Source: a virus
Taxonomy: Duplodnaviria; Caudoviricetes
DNA length: 51,908 nucleotides
Reading direction: 5' to 3' (one strand)
IMG/VR virus record: IMGVR_UViG_3300037631_003842
Location: 1-51,908 of that record
Shown here: one piece after another, positions 43,756-51,908 of the stretch
Layout of the letters: the number at the start of each line of letters is the position of its first letter
How positions within the stretch are numbered: position 1 is the stretch's first letter
Program-made: the position numbers and the translations under genes
Notes under the pieces: model-generated
Database searches by the model: none
What the model was told of the DNA's origin: nothing
What the model saw: the letters and a program-made list of their open reading frames with translations, nothing else

Positions 43756-46596
43756 TTAGAATGAGCCTATAGCTACTCTTTTCCAAGTATTAGTTGAGAC
43801 ACAAACATAGATAAAGCCTGAGTCAAAGCGAATATCACCAGCTGTCCCACTTGCAGAAGCAGAAGCAGGTTCTGAACCTTCAAGTCTTATTTGACCAGCA
43901 ACTGCACCAGAGCAATCAACTTCTGATGTGGTCATCTTAGCAACCTTAAAGTCAGCAGCTGAGTGTGTTCCTACAGTTGTTGTTGGCTCACCTGAAGAAG
44001 TAAATGCGATGAATTCATCAGCACTTTCGTCAAAAGCAACACCAGCAAATCCGTTAGAACCACCGATACCATCACCACGTTGTCCATAGAAGCCAATATC
44101 TTCAAGGTCTGTATTGCTAACACCGAGCTCTAACAAGTTATCTGCGAATGAAACGTTAGCTCCTGTTGCAGAAAGACCGGCCGCTGAAATATTACCTGTA
44201 ATAACAGCATTACCACCTACAGAAAGACCAGCGCCAACATCAAGGTTAGTTGTAACATTGACAGAAGCTGGGAGACCAACTGTGAATTTGTTAAGAGCAG
44301 CACTATATGCAACTTCAACCTCAGAAGAAGTTCCGCCGATAAATAGTGTGCTACCAAGCTCAAGTGTCTCTGAGTTAGATGTATCAGAAACGGTAAATCC
44401 TGGATTAACAAGCATATCGTTAGTAATTTGGTCATCACCAATAGTTGTTGAAAGGCTTAGATTACCTGTGCCATCAAAACTAACTGCTCCAGCTTGAACT
44501 GGTCCAGAGCCAATGCTAAAGTTTCTTGCAGTTTCTAAAGCAGTTGCTGTTGCAGCGTTACCAGAAGTATCGTTCTGAATTGTATTAGGTAATCCGATAG
44601 TAAATACGGGGCCAGTTGCTGAGTGTGAAACAGAGCAATCTACCTCATTACTTGTGCCTTGGATTACAACGTTTTTACCAAGTTCTGAAGTTGCAGGAGT
44701 TCCACCATCACCAAATCCGAAGCCTGGGTTAGCAAGCATTGTGTTTGTAATTTCATCAGCAGCGATAGTTGAAGTTAGACCAACGTTTCCTGTCGCGTCG
44801 AATGAGATATTAGCAGCTCTAACAGGTCCAGCAGTAATACCGATATTACGTGCAGTCTCTAAAGCAGTTGCTGTTGCAGCATTACCACTTGTATCACTAC
44901 CAATAGATGCTGGGAGACCATAAATAACTTTATCTTCAGATGCTGAATAGCTTAGGTCTAAGTTAGTTGCATCAAATTCTAATGTTGTGCCTAATGCTCT
45001 ATCATAATCAACACCATCAACTTGAATAACGAGTTTGTCGTTCTCAAGCATTGCATTTGTAATTTGGTCTGCAGCGATAGTTGAAGTAAAGTTCGCGTTG
45101 CCTGTTCCGTCGAAGCTAACTGCTCCAGCTCTAACTGGTCCAGCATTTATTTCGAAATTACGAGCAGTTGCTAAAGCAGTCGCAGTTGCTGCATTACCAG
45201 AAGTTGCTGATGAAATTGTGCTTGGCAATCCGATAGTATAAGTCCCTGCATTCTCAGCAACCTCAACTTCGTTTGAAGTTCCTTGAATGGTAAGAGTGCC
45301 ACCAAGAGATACTGGAGAAGTATTTGAGCCATCGCTGAAAGTAATAGAAGAGTTAGCAAGTCTTCCGTTTGCAACAGAGCCATTTTTAAGAGCAATGTCT
45401 AAAGCAACATTAGCTGTGCCGTCATAACTAATAGCAGAAGCTTCCATTTCAGTTGAAGAAACAGAGAAGTTTCTTGCAGTCTCTTGAGCTGTTGCAGTTG
45501 CTGCGTTTCCAGTTGTTGCTACGTTAATAGTTGATGGGAGACTGAATGTAAGGTCATTGCCACCAGCAGAATATGCGATAGCAACTTGGTTAGCTGTTCC
45601 GTTAAAGTCGATTGTCTCACCAAGAGCAATACTCTCACCACCAGTGCCATCAATTGTAATACCAATAGTGCTATTATCAAGCATACTGTTTTCTACAGCA
45701 CCACCTTGGATAGTTGCTGCGATATTAATAGCATTTGAGCCATCAAAGTTTGCTGTTCCCGCTACGTCTCCAGAAATCTGGATAGCTCGTGCAGTCTCAA
45801 GTGCAGATGCAGTCGAAGCATTACCTGTAAGAGCACCAGTAAATCCAGTTGAAGAAACAGAAGTTAAGCCAGAAACAGTTGAAGGTAATCCTACTGTAAA
45901 TGTGCCATCAACACGAGCAACTTCTACCTCGTTGCTTGTTCCTTGAATAACTATAGCTGTTCCAAGCTCTCTAAGTGCTGGAGTTGTTCCATCACCAAAA
46001 GTATATCCTGGGTTAGCAATCATTGAGTTTTCAACAGCGTCTGATTGGATAGTTGCTGTAATACTTACGTCAGCTGAGCCGTCGAAATTAACTGTGCCGC
46101 CTAAATCACCACCAAGTGCGATTGCGCGTGCTGTTTCGAGTGCGTCAGCAGTATCTGCTTTACCGGTCAAATCACCTGTAACATCACCTTCGAGGTGTGA
46201 AACGAGTGTTGCTTTATTACCACTTGCAAGAGTTCCTACAGTTGTTGAAGGCTCAGAAGCTAAATCTTTAAATAGTTTAAATTTTCCTCCATCACTTTGG
46301 TCGCGATATAAACCGTGGTATTTATCAGAACCGTCATTTGACTGTCCGTAAAAACCAATGTCAAGAGTATCACCGCTGTTTCCACGAGCAAGTTTGATAA
46401 GGGGGTCTTCTGCTTCTACTGTTGAAACTTGAAGAGAAGTTTGTGTTCCAGTAACTGTAAGATTACCTTCAACTGTTAAGTTGCTTGAGAATGTTCCTGT
46501 CTCTGACTTGAGGTCTCCCAAGTGAGCAGTGCCCCATTTAACGGAGCTTGAGCCTAAATCGTGGCCCTTATTACTATCAGGTCTTAATGCTGACAT
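43756..46596 (-). CDS. repeat-containing fibre protein
   Basis: Six ~100-aa repeats (A.TA.AL.TAR...FDG...N.ML.N...GT.NEV); ends with the fibre-type motif G.IRFDS..IYVC..TNTWKR. Confidence 0.8.
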   Translation of the reverse strand: MSALRPDSNKGHDLGSSSVKWGTAHLGDLKSETGTFSSNLTVEGNLTVTGTQTSLQVSTVEAEDPLIKLARGNSGDTLDIGFYGQSNDGSDKYHGLYRDQSDGGKFKLFKDLASEPSTTVGTLASGNKATLVSHLEGDVTGDLTGKADTADALETARAIALGGDLGGTVNFDGSADVSITATIQSDAVENSMIANPGYTFGDGTTPALRELGTAIVIQGTSNEVEVARVDGTFTVGLPSTVSGLTSVSSTGFTGALTGNASTASALETARAIQISGDVAGTANFDGSNAINIAATIQGGAVENSMLDNSTIGITIDGTGGESIALGETIDFNGTANQVAIAYSAGGNDLTFSLPSTINVATTGNAATATAQETARNFSVSSTEMEASAISYDGTANVALDIALKNGSVANGRLANSSITFSDGSNTSPVSLGGTLTIQGTSNEVEVAENAGTYTIGLPSTISSATSGNAATATALATARNFEINAGPVRAGAVSFDGTGNANFTSTIAADQITNAMLENDKLVIQVDGVDYDRALGTTLEFDATNLDLSYSASEDKVIYGLPASIGSDTSGNAATATALETARNIGITAGPVRAANISFDATGNVGLTSTIAADEITNTMLANPGFGFGDGGTPATSELGKNVVIQGTSNEVDCSVSHSATGPVFTIGLPNTIQNDTSGNAATATALETARNFSIGSGPVQAGAVSFDGTGNLSLSTTIGDDQITNDMLVNPGFTVSDTSNSETLELGSTLFIGGTSSEVEVAYSAALNKFTVGLPASVNVTTNLDVGAGLSVGGNAVITGNISAAGLSATGANVSFADNLLELGVSNTDLEDIGFYGQRGDGIGGSNGFAGVAFDESADEFIAFTSSGEPTTTVGTHSAADFKVAKMTTSEVDCSGAVAGQIRLEGSEPASASASGTAGDIRFDSGFIYVCVSTNTWKRVAIGSF

Positions 46597-46720
46597 AATG
46601 ATTTCCTTTCATAGTGCTATCTATGTGCGTATTTAATCTGTTTTTAGATAAATCTATTTAGATGCAAAGCTTTGTTTATTATTTTAAGCGTATTTTTTTT
46701 AATGTTAATTTTGAGGTCGT

Positions 46721-46764
46721 GGTCGAGTGCGCCTTTATTATATATAACACACTCGGCCTTTTTT
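46721..46764 (+). terminator. terminator-like hairpin antisense to the flanking genes
   Basis: GGTCGAGTG/CACTCGGCC stem followed by T6 on the plus strand. Confidence 0.5.
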
Positions 46765-46798
46765 ATTAGAAAACTTTAAATAAGTCTTCTTTTTTTAC

Positions 46799-49700
46799 TT
46801 AAGCGTGCTTGCCTGCGAAGACTGCGTCTCCACTTACAGGATGAATAGCGAAGTGTCTGTCTCCATCTCTTTCGCCCTTGCTTCCAAAGAATACCAAGTC
46901 TGTTGTTCCACCACTAATAAGTGTTGCAAAGTTAATCTGAAATGGACCACTCTTAGATTGAAAAGAGCTAATAGTATCGTCCATCTCAACAGCATCGTCA
47001 GAAGAATGGTCAAGGAGAACACCTCCATCGCCAATCTCTAACTGTGTAACTCTAAGGTCAAGTGCTGAAAGTGTTGTGCTATTAGCCTTAGTTGCAATTG
47101 CATCTTCGTTAGTCTTAATCTGCGCATCTAATCTGTCGTCTGCATCCTTTAATGAAGTTGCAGATTGAAGATAGTTAGAAGAAGCGTCTGCTGTATAATC
47201 TCCATCTGTATCTAATCCGGCACCTGCTTGAGTTGCGTCTAATTCAGTTTGAAGTGCAGCAATGTTAGAGCTTCCTAATGAAGATATAGAAGAAGCATTT
47301 GTGCTTACCTGTGTATCAAGAGCTTCAATAGCAGCTTTTAAACTATCAGAATTTGAGATATAGTTTGTATTGCTATAGTTAGTCTTTGTTCCATCTGCCT
47401 GTGTCCCAGCTGATGCACGTATGTTAGTTTGGATTTGATTAAGTAAATTAACATTTGTATCCAGAACTTTAACTGCATTTAAAACAGAAGATTGTCCGTT
47501 AATAAAGTTAGTGCCACTTATAGTTAGACTTCCGTCTGTATTTAATCCTACACTTGCTTCGACTGTATCAATCTTACCACTTAGAGTATTATCATCAGCT
47601 AAACGAGTTGCTGCTTCGGCTGTAATTGCTGTTTCACGAGCTTTAACAGCTGTATCTAATAACTCAAGACTTCCCTTAATAGAAGAAGCTGCATCAATAT
47701 AATTAGTGCTGCTGTGAGATACGAAATCTCCGTTAGCATCTAATCCTACAGCTGCCTCAATCCCATCAACTTCTGTTTGAAGCGTGCTTAAACTACTTGA
47801 TGAAGCCTTAGTTGCTATGGCTGTTTCATTAGTTTTAATCTGTGCATCAAGCAGTGAGCTTTCGCCTACTACTGAAGAAGCACTGTCAAGATAATTACTT
47901 CCACTACGACTAACATAAGCTCCAGCAGTTGATAATCCAATTGCTGCTTCTTGAGCTGTTTGTAAAGTATTTAAAGATGCAATGTCTGCCTCTGCAGTAT
48001 CAAGGTCATCTTGTGTGCTCTTAAGCTGTGTATCTAATTGTTCTACAGCAGCTTTTAAGTTTGAAGATGAAGTTGCATAGTTTGCACCGCTAATCGCTGA
48101 ATAACTACCATTTGCTCCAAGACCTACACCAGCCTGTGTCGCATCTACTTCAGTTTGTAATGCAGAAACAGAGCTTGAAGAAGCTTTACCTGATACATCA
48201 GACTGTAAAGAAGATATATCACTGTCGTTAGAAGAAATAGCAGAAGCATTTGCAGCAATTGCAGCATCTAAATCATCGTCAGCGTCTTTAAGACTTGTTG
48301 CTGACGCAATGTATGTTGCACCAGTGTTAGCTGTATAAGCTCCAGCACTTGTTAAACCTGCACCAGTTTGTGTTGCATCAACTTCACTCTGAAGAGTTGA
48401 GATTGTGCTATTAATAGTGCTATCAGCACTTTGTCTTGCACTTGTCTCAGCAGCAATAGCATCTTCATTTGTTTTAACTTGAGTATCTAATGCTGATGCT
48501 TCACCTACAACAGATGTTGCACTGTCAAGATAATTAGAACCACTTCGACCAACATAACTACCGCTTGCTGATAAACCAACTGCGCTTTCGTGAGTGTCTG
48601 CCAAGCTTTCCAAATCACTAATATCAGATGCGTTAGCAGCAATATCTGTATCATTTGAAGCGATATCATCAGCACGGGACTTGATTTGAGTATCAAGCGC
48701 AGATAAACCACCCTTAAGAGTTGTAATACTTCCAAGGTAATTAGAAGAAGTCGGTGCTGTAAGACTACCATTTGCGTTTAATCCTGCTCCAGCTTGTGTT
48801 GCATCCAATTCTGTTTGGAGTGCAGTTGTAACAGATGTATCAGCTTTACCACTTTGCAATGTTGATATATCACTGTCGTTATTAGATATAGCAGTTGTAT
48901 TTGCTGTAACATCACTCTGTAATGAAGAAATATCACTATCGTTAGATGTAATATTGCCTTCTGCAGATGTAACACGAGTTGTAAGAGCTGTTAAATCACT
49001 ATCATCAGCTTTAAGAGCTATAGCAGTCTCGTTAGTCTTGATTTGTGCATCTAATTTATTATCAGCATCTTTAAGACTACTTGCAGCAGTCAAATAATTA
49101 CTTCCACTATTTGCAGCATAAGCTCCAGTTGTCCCTAAGCCTGCGCCTGCTTGAGTTGCATCTATTTCATTTTCTAATGCGGTAATCTCACTTGCATTAG
49201 TTGAGCCAGCACTTGACAATGTCGATACTGTGGATGATAGATTTGAAATATCACCTGCGTTAGTTGCGACCTGTGTATCAAGAGCATTGATTTCTCCTCT
49301 TACAGAAGAAGCGCCTGATATATAATTGCCACCACTGTTAGCAGTAAATCCACCAGAAGTCGTTAGACCAACACTCGCCTCAACTGTATCAACAACACTT
49401 GTTAATGCACTAAGACCAGAAGCATCTGCCTTATTACCAATTGCACTTGTATTAGACACGATAGCAGCTTCTGCTGTATCTAAATCACCCTGTGTGGTAT
49501 TAAGTTGTGTATCTAAAGCGTTAATCTCTCCTCTAACTGATGATGCAGAAGCAATAAAGTTTCCACCTGTATTAGCAGAGAAAGTCCCGTTAGTATTAAT
49601 ACCTACAGAAGCTTCAATAGCATCAACTTCTGCCTGATTAGGTGCGCCAGTCTGAAGATTAGAAACGGTTGTCTCTAAAGTATCAAGGTCGTCCTGAGTG

Positions 49701-50773
49701 CTCTTAATTTGAGTATCAAGTTGTCCTACAGCTGCTTTAAGAGTGCTGCTTGATGTTGCATAATTTGCTCCACTAATCGCAGCATAACTTCCATCAGCCT
49801 CAAGTCCTACAGAAGCTTCAACAACATTGATTTGTGAAACGTTTGCAGCAATATCAGTATCGTTAGAAGTAATATCACTTTCAGTCTGTGTAACTCTGCC
49901 AGCCAGTGTTGTTAATGCAGATGATGCTGCTTTTAAGGCAATAGCATCCTCATTAGTTTTTATTTGCGCATCAAGAAGTGTAATCTCACCTACGATAGAT
50001 GATGCGCTGTCTATATATTCTGACCCACTACGTGAAACATATGCGCCAGCCACTGATAGACCAATAGAAGATTGTGATGCATCTAATTCACTCTGTAAAG
50101 CTGTAATAGCTGCATTTGAACCTAATCCTGCGATTGCTGTGGTGTTAGCAGCTACTTGAGCATCAACACCTTCGATAGCTGCCTTGATAGAAGCTGTGCC
50201 GCTATAGTTATTAGCATTAGCGTATGTGCCTAACGTCCCGTCTGATGCAATACCTACCGAGCTTTCAATTGCGTCTATTTCTGTTTGTATTGCAGATAGA
50301 TTACCATTTCCTAATGTTGCAATAGCATCTGCATTAGTTTTTATTTGAGCATCAAGCAAAGTATCAGCATTCTTGAGTGAAGATGCTGAGCCTAAGAAGT
50401 TAGTGCCAGTTGGAGCTGTGAATGTCCCGTCTGAGTTAAGACCTGAACCTGCTTCAATTGCATCAATCTCAGTTGTTAGATTACCAAGGTTTGTCCCTGA
50501 TAGTGTATTGATTTGAGATTGAAGATTTGCGACTTGTGCATCGACAGTGTCGTGATAATCAGGGTCGTTATTGATAGCTTCTGCCAATTTTTCAATTGAG
50601 TTTAAGTTAGCAGGAGCATTACCAGAGAGCCCGTCGATTTGAGCCTTTACTAATGCGGGTGTCATTGCGACGTCATCACGTAATCCTAAAGACGCCTCTG
50701 CTTGTTGAGCAAAGCGAACGAGACCTTCTGATGATTTCGATGCCTTGTCTTTAACCGAAATTAATATAGCCAT
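46799..50773 (-). CDS. large segmented coiled-coil fibre protein (1324 aa)
   Basis: Sixteen units of GL...G......NY.....S......LD.Q; N-terminal fibre motifs (GLVRFA..AE...G..D..AMTP; AP..LNSI.KLA.AINNDP). Confidence 0.8.
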   Translation of the reverse strand: MAILISVKDKASKSSEGLVRFAQQAEASLGLRDDVAMTPALVKAQIDGLSGNAPANLNSIEKLAEAINNDPDYHDTVDAQVANLQSQINTLSGTNLGNLTTEIDAIEAGSGLNSDGTFTAPTGTNFLGSASSLKNADTLLDAQIKTNADAIATLGNGNLSAIQTEIDAIESSVGIASDGTLGTYANANNYSGTASIKAAIEGVDAQVAANTTAIAGLGSNAAITALQSELDASQSSIGLSVAGAYVSRSGSEYIDSASSIVGEITLLDAQIKTNEDAIALKAASSALTTLAGRVTQTESDITSNDTDIAANVSQINVVEASVGLEADGSYAAISGANYATSSSTLKAAVGQLDTQIKSTQDDLDTLETTVSNLQTGAPNQAEVDAIEASVGINTNGTFSANTGGNFIASASSVRGEINALDTQLNTTQGDLDTAEAAIVSNTSAIGNKADASGLSALTSVVDTVEASVGLTTSGGFTANSGGNYISGASSVRGEINALDTQVATNAGDISNLSSTVSTLSSAGSTNASEITALENEIDATQAGAGLGTTGAYAANSGSNYLTAASSLKDADNKLDAQIKTNETAIALKADDSDLTALTTRVTSAEGNITSNDSDISSLQSDVTANTTAISNNDSDISTLQSGKADTSVTTALQTELDATQAGAGLNANGSLTAPTSSNYLGSITTLKGGLSALDTQIKSRADDIASNDTDIAANASDISDLESLADTHESAVGLSASGSYVGRSGSNYLDSATSVVGEASALDTQVKTNEDAIAAETSARQSADSTINSTISTLQSEVDATQTGAGLTSAGAYTANTGATYIASATSLKDADDDLDAAIAANASAISSNDSDISSLQSDVSGKASSSSVSALQTEVDATQAGVGLGANGSYSAISGANYATSSSNLKAAVEQLDTQLKSTQDDLDTAEADIASLNTLQTAQEAAIGLSTAGAYVSRSGSNYLDSASSVVGESSLLDAQIKTNETAIATKASSSSLSTLQTEVDGIEAAVGLDANGDFVSHSSTNYIDAASSIKGSLELLDTAVKARETAITAEAATRLADDNTLSGKIDTVEASVGLNTDGSLTISGTNFINGQSSVLNAVKVLDTNVNLLNQIQTNIRASAGTQADGTKTNYSNTNYISNSDSLKAAIEALDTQVSTNASSISSLGSSNIAALQTELDATQAGAGLDTDGDYTADASSNYLQSATSLKDADDRLDAQIKTNEDAIATKANSTTLSALDLRVTQLEIGDGGVLLDHSSDDAVEMDDTISSFQSKSGPFQINFATLISGGTTDLVFFGSKGERDGDRHFAIHPVSGDAVFAGKHA

Positions 50774-50799
50774 TGTTTTTGTTTCCTTTCGTTATATTT

Positions 50800-51168
50800 T
50801 TATTCTTCAATAAATCCAACGTATAGTTGAACGTCTGCTGCAGCAACACCGCTGAATTTTATTCTGAGTGCGTCGAATACAGGGTCAATTCCAGGACGTC
50901 CTAATAGAACGATGTCTTCGCCTGCTGAAGCAGCGCCACCTTCTTGTGAAACGAAAGGCAAAAAGAAATCGTCATCAGCTCCTGAAGGCCTGAATTCTAC
51001 AGTAAACGTTCCTGCTGCATCATACTCATTACAAGCAATTTGTGCCTTAGAATGTTTGTGAGTTGGATTAAATCCGATGTTAGATGCATCTAAAGTGATG
51101 CTTAGTTCGTTTTGAGCGTTTTTATCTGCTGCTTCGAGAGTGAAGCGTCTTACTTTTACACCAGCCAT
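50800..51168 (-). CDS. hypothetical beta-rich, possibly virion, protein
   Basis: AAGGAG RBS before ATG 51168; directly upstream of the fibre gene. Confidence 0.65.
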   Translation of the reverse strand: MAGVKVRRFTLEAADKNAQNELSITLDASNIGFNPTHKHSKAQIACNEYDAAGTFTVEFRPSGADDDFFLPFVSQEGGAASAGEDIVLLGRPGIDPVFDALRIKFSGVAAADVQLYVGFIEE

Positions 51169-51208
51169 AATTATCTCCTTTGTTGTGATTATGTTTGAGG
51201 TGTGCAAC

Positions 51209-51478
51209 TCATAATGAGTGTGCGTTATTAATAGGTAATTTTAAATATGGATAGACACCTCTTATTTTACTAAAGAAGTATCGTCCTTTACTTTCAGCTA
51301 TACAAAAGCTTCTATAGACTGAAGGTGGGAGTGCCGAATACAGATATACGTTGCCACCACTAAATTTGATGACTAACGTATTAGTATATGAGCAATATTT
51401 AGCTTTATCTATATTACTGCTTTCACTTAACTCATCTCTTTCGTCAAACGAATACAATAAAGGATTTATGCTTTTCAT
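51209..51478 (-). CDS. KTSC domain protein
   Basis: SSNI....Y.....TL.IKF..G..Y.Y...P..VY..F..AESKG.YF...IR..Y. Confidence 0.9.
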   Translation of the reverse strand: MKSINPLLYSFDERDELSESSNIDKAKYCSYTNTLVIKFSGGNVYLYSALPPSVYRSFCIAESKGRYFFSKIRGVYPYLKLPINNAHSL

Positions 51479-51601
51479 TTTACACTCCGTCTATACTATA
51501 TATATCAATAATAGCTAATTTATTTTACATTTGTTTATAAAAAAAAAGTTATTTTATATCTAACTAAATATTTATATACTAAATGAAAGGGATTTTTAAA
51601 A

Positions 51602-51874
51602 ATGAATAAAAAAAAATATGCATCTAATCCAGATTATATGAATTTAACTGAAATTGCAGACATAATGACAAAGGATGGAGATAAAATGAACCATTCTACA
51701 GCTCGTAAATATCTTTTAACTGGATTAGCTAAGTTAGCCTATGGTATGCTTATCTGGAGTGGTATGTCTGAAGAAGAAGCAGAGAAACAAGCACCTATAG
51801 TTGCTAAGAAGCCAGATTTTCACGAAGGTATGAAAGATATGTTGCAAAGCATCTATTCTCAAAAAAATAATTAA
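51602..51874 (+). CDS. HTH DNA-binding protein (sigma region-4-like)
   Basis: MNLTEIADIM......HSTARKYL..GL.KL; divergently transcribed. Confidence 0.65.
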   Translation: MNKKKYASNPDYMNLTEIADIMTKDGDKMNHSTARKYLLTGLAKLAYGMLIWSGMSEEEAEKQAPIVAKKPDFHEGMKDMLQSIYSQKNN

Positions 51875-51875
51875 T

Positions 51876-51895
51876 ATACCAATGATAGGCAGTTA
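51876..51895. repeat. dispersed motif, copy 5 (inverted)
   Basis: ATACCAATGATAGGCAGTTA is the reverse complement of the 20-bp core TAACTGCCTATCATTGGTAT. Confidence 0.9.
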
Positions 51896-51908
51896 GCAAT
51901 CAATCGAA

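Noticed and set aside
17206-50159. Many plus-strand ORFs within the structural module (e.g. 17794, 29056, 30161, 37828, 44114, 45557, 49326)
   Set aside because: They are antisense shadows of long, motif-supported minus-strand genes, with no RBS or domain signal.
1-51908. Alternative genetic code or prophage state
   Set aside because: Long genes read intact in the standard code; no integrase, att site or host housekeeping genes seen.

Overview
AT-rich window from a tailed dsDNA phage with a contractile tail (myovirus). The minus strand from about 14.4 to 51.5 kb holds an almost complete virion module in SPO1/Twort (Herelleviridae-like) order: two large repeat fibre genes, portal, prohead protease, scaffold, major capsid, neck and tail-completion proteins, sheath, tube, chaperones with a probable +1 frameshift, tape measure, hub, spike, wedge, baseplate J and fibres. 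The region 1-14.4 kb is accessory. It encodes a small family-A/T7-like polymerase-motif protein, an FmdB zinc ribbon, a putative small terminase, a GIY-YIG endonuclease, a KilA-N-like protein, a RecU-like resolvase, an amidase endolysin, and a tightly coupled membrane operon built around a class III nucleotide cyclase. I found no large terminase, replicative polymerase, helicase, integrase, tRNA or CRISPR array, so this is probably part of a larger genome. Two small proteins resemble Myxococcota/deltaproteobacterial families, which hints at the host (inference). The most notable signals are: (1) the phage-borne, membrane-anchored cyclase with atypical specificity residues plus a 2-TM partner; (2) a dispersed 17-24 bp motif present five times, twice as pairs with an exact 60-bp period; (3) a probable standalone structured RNA at 6574-6681; (4) a pseudoknot/attenuator-like element after the capsid gene. 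All family calls come from motif recognition by eye, not from database searches.
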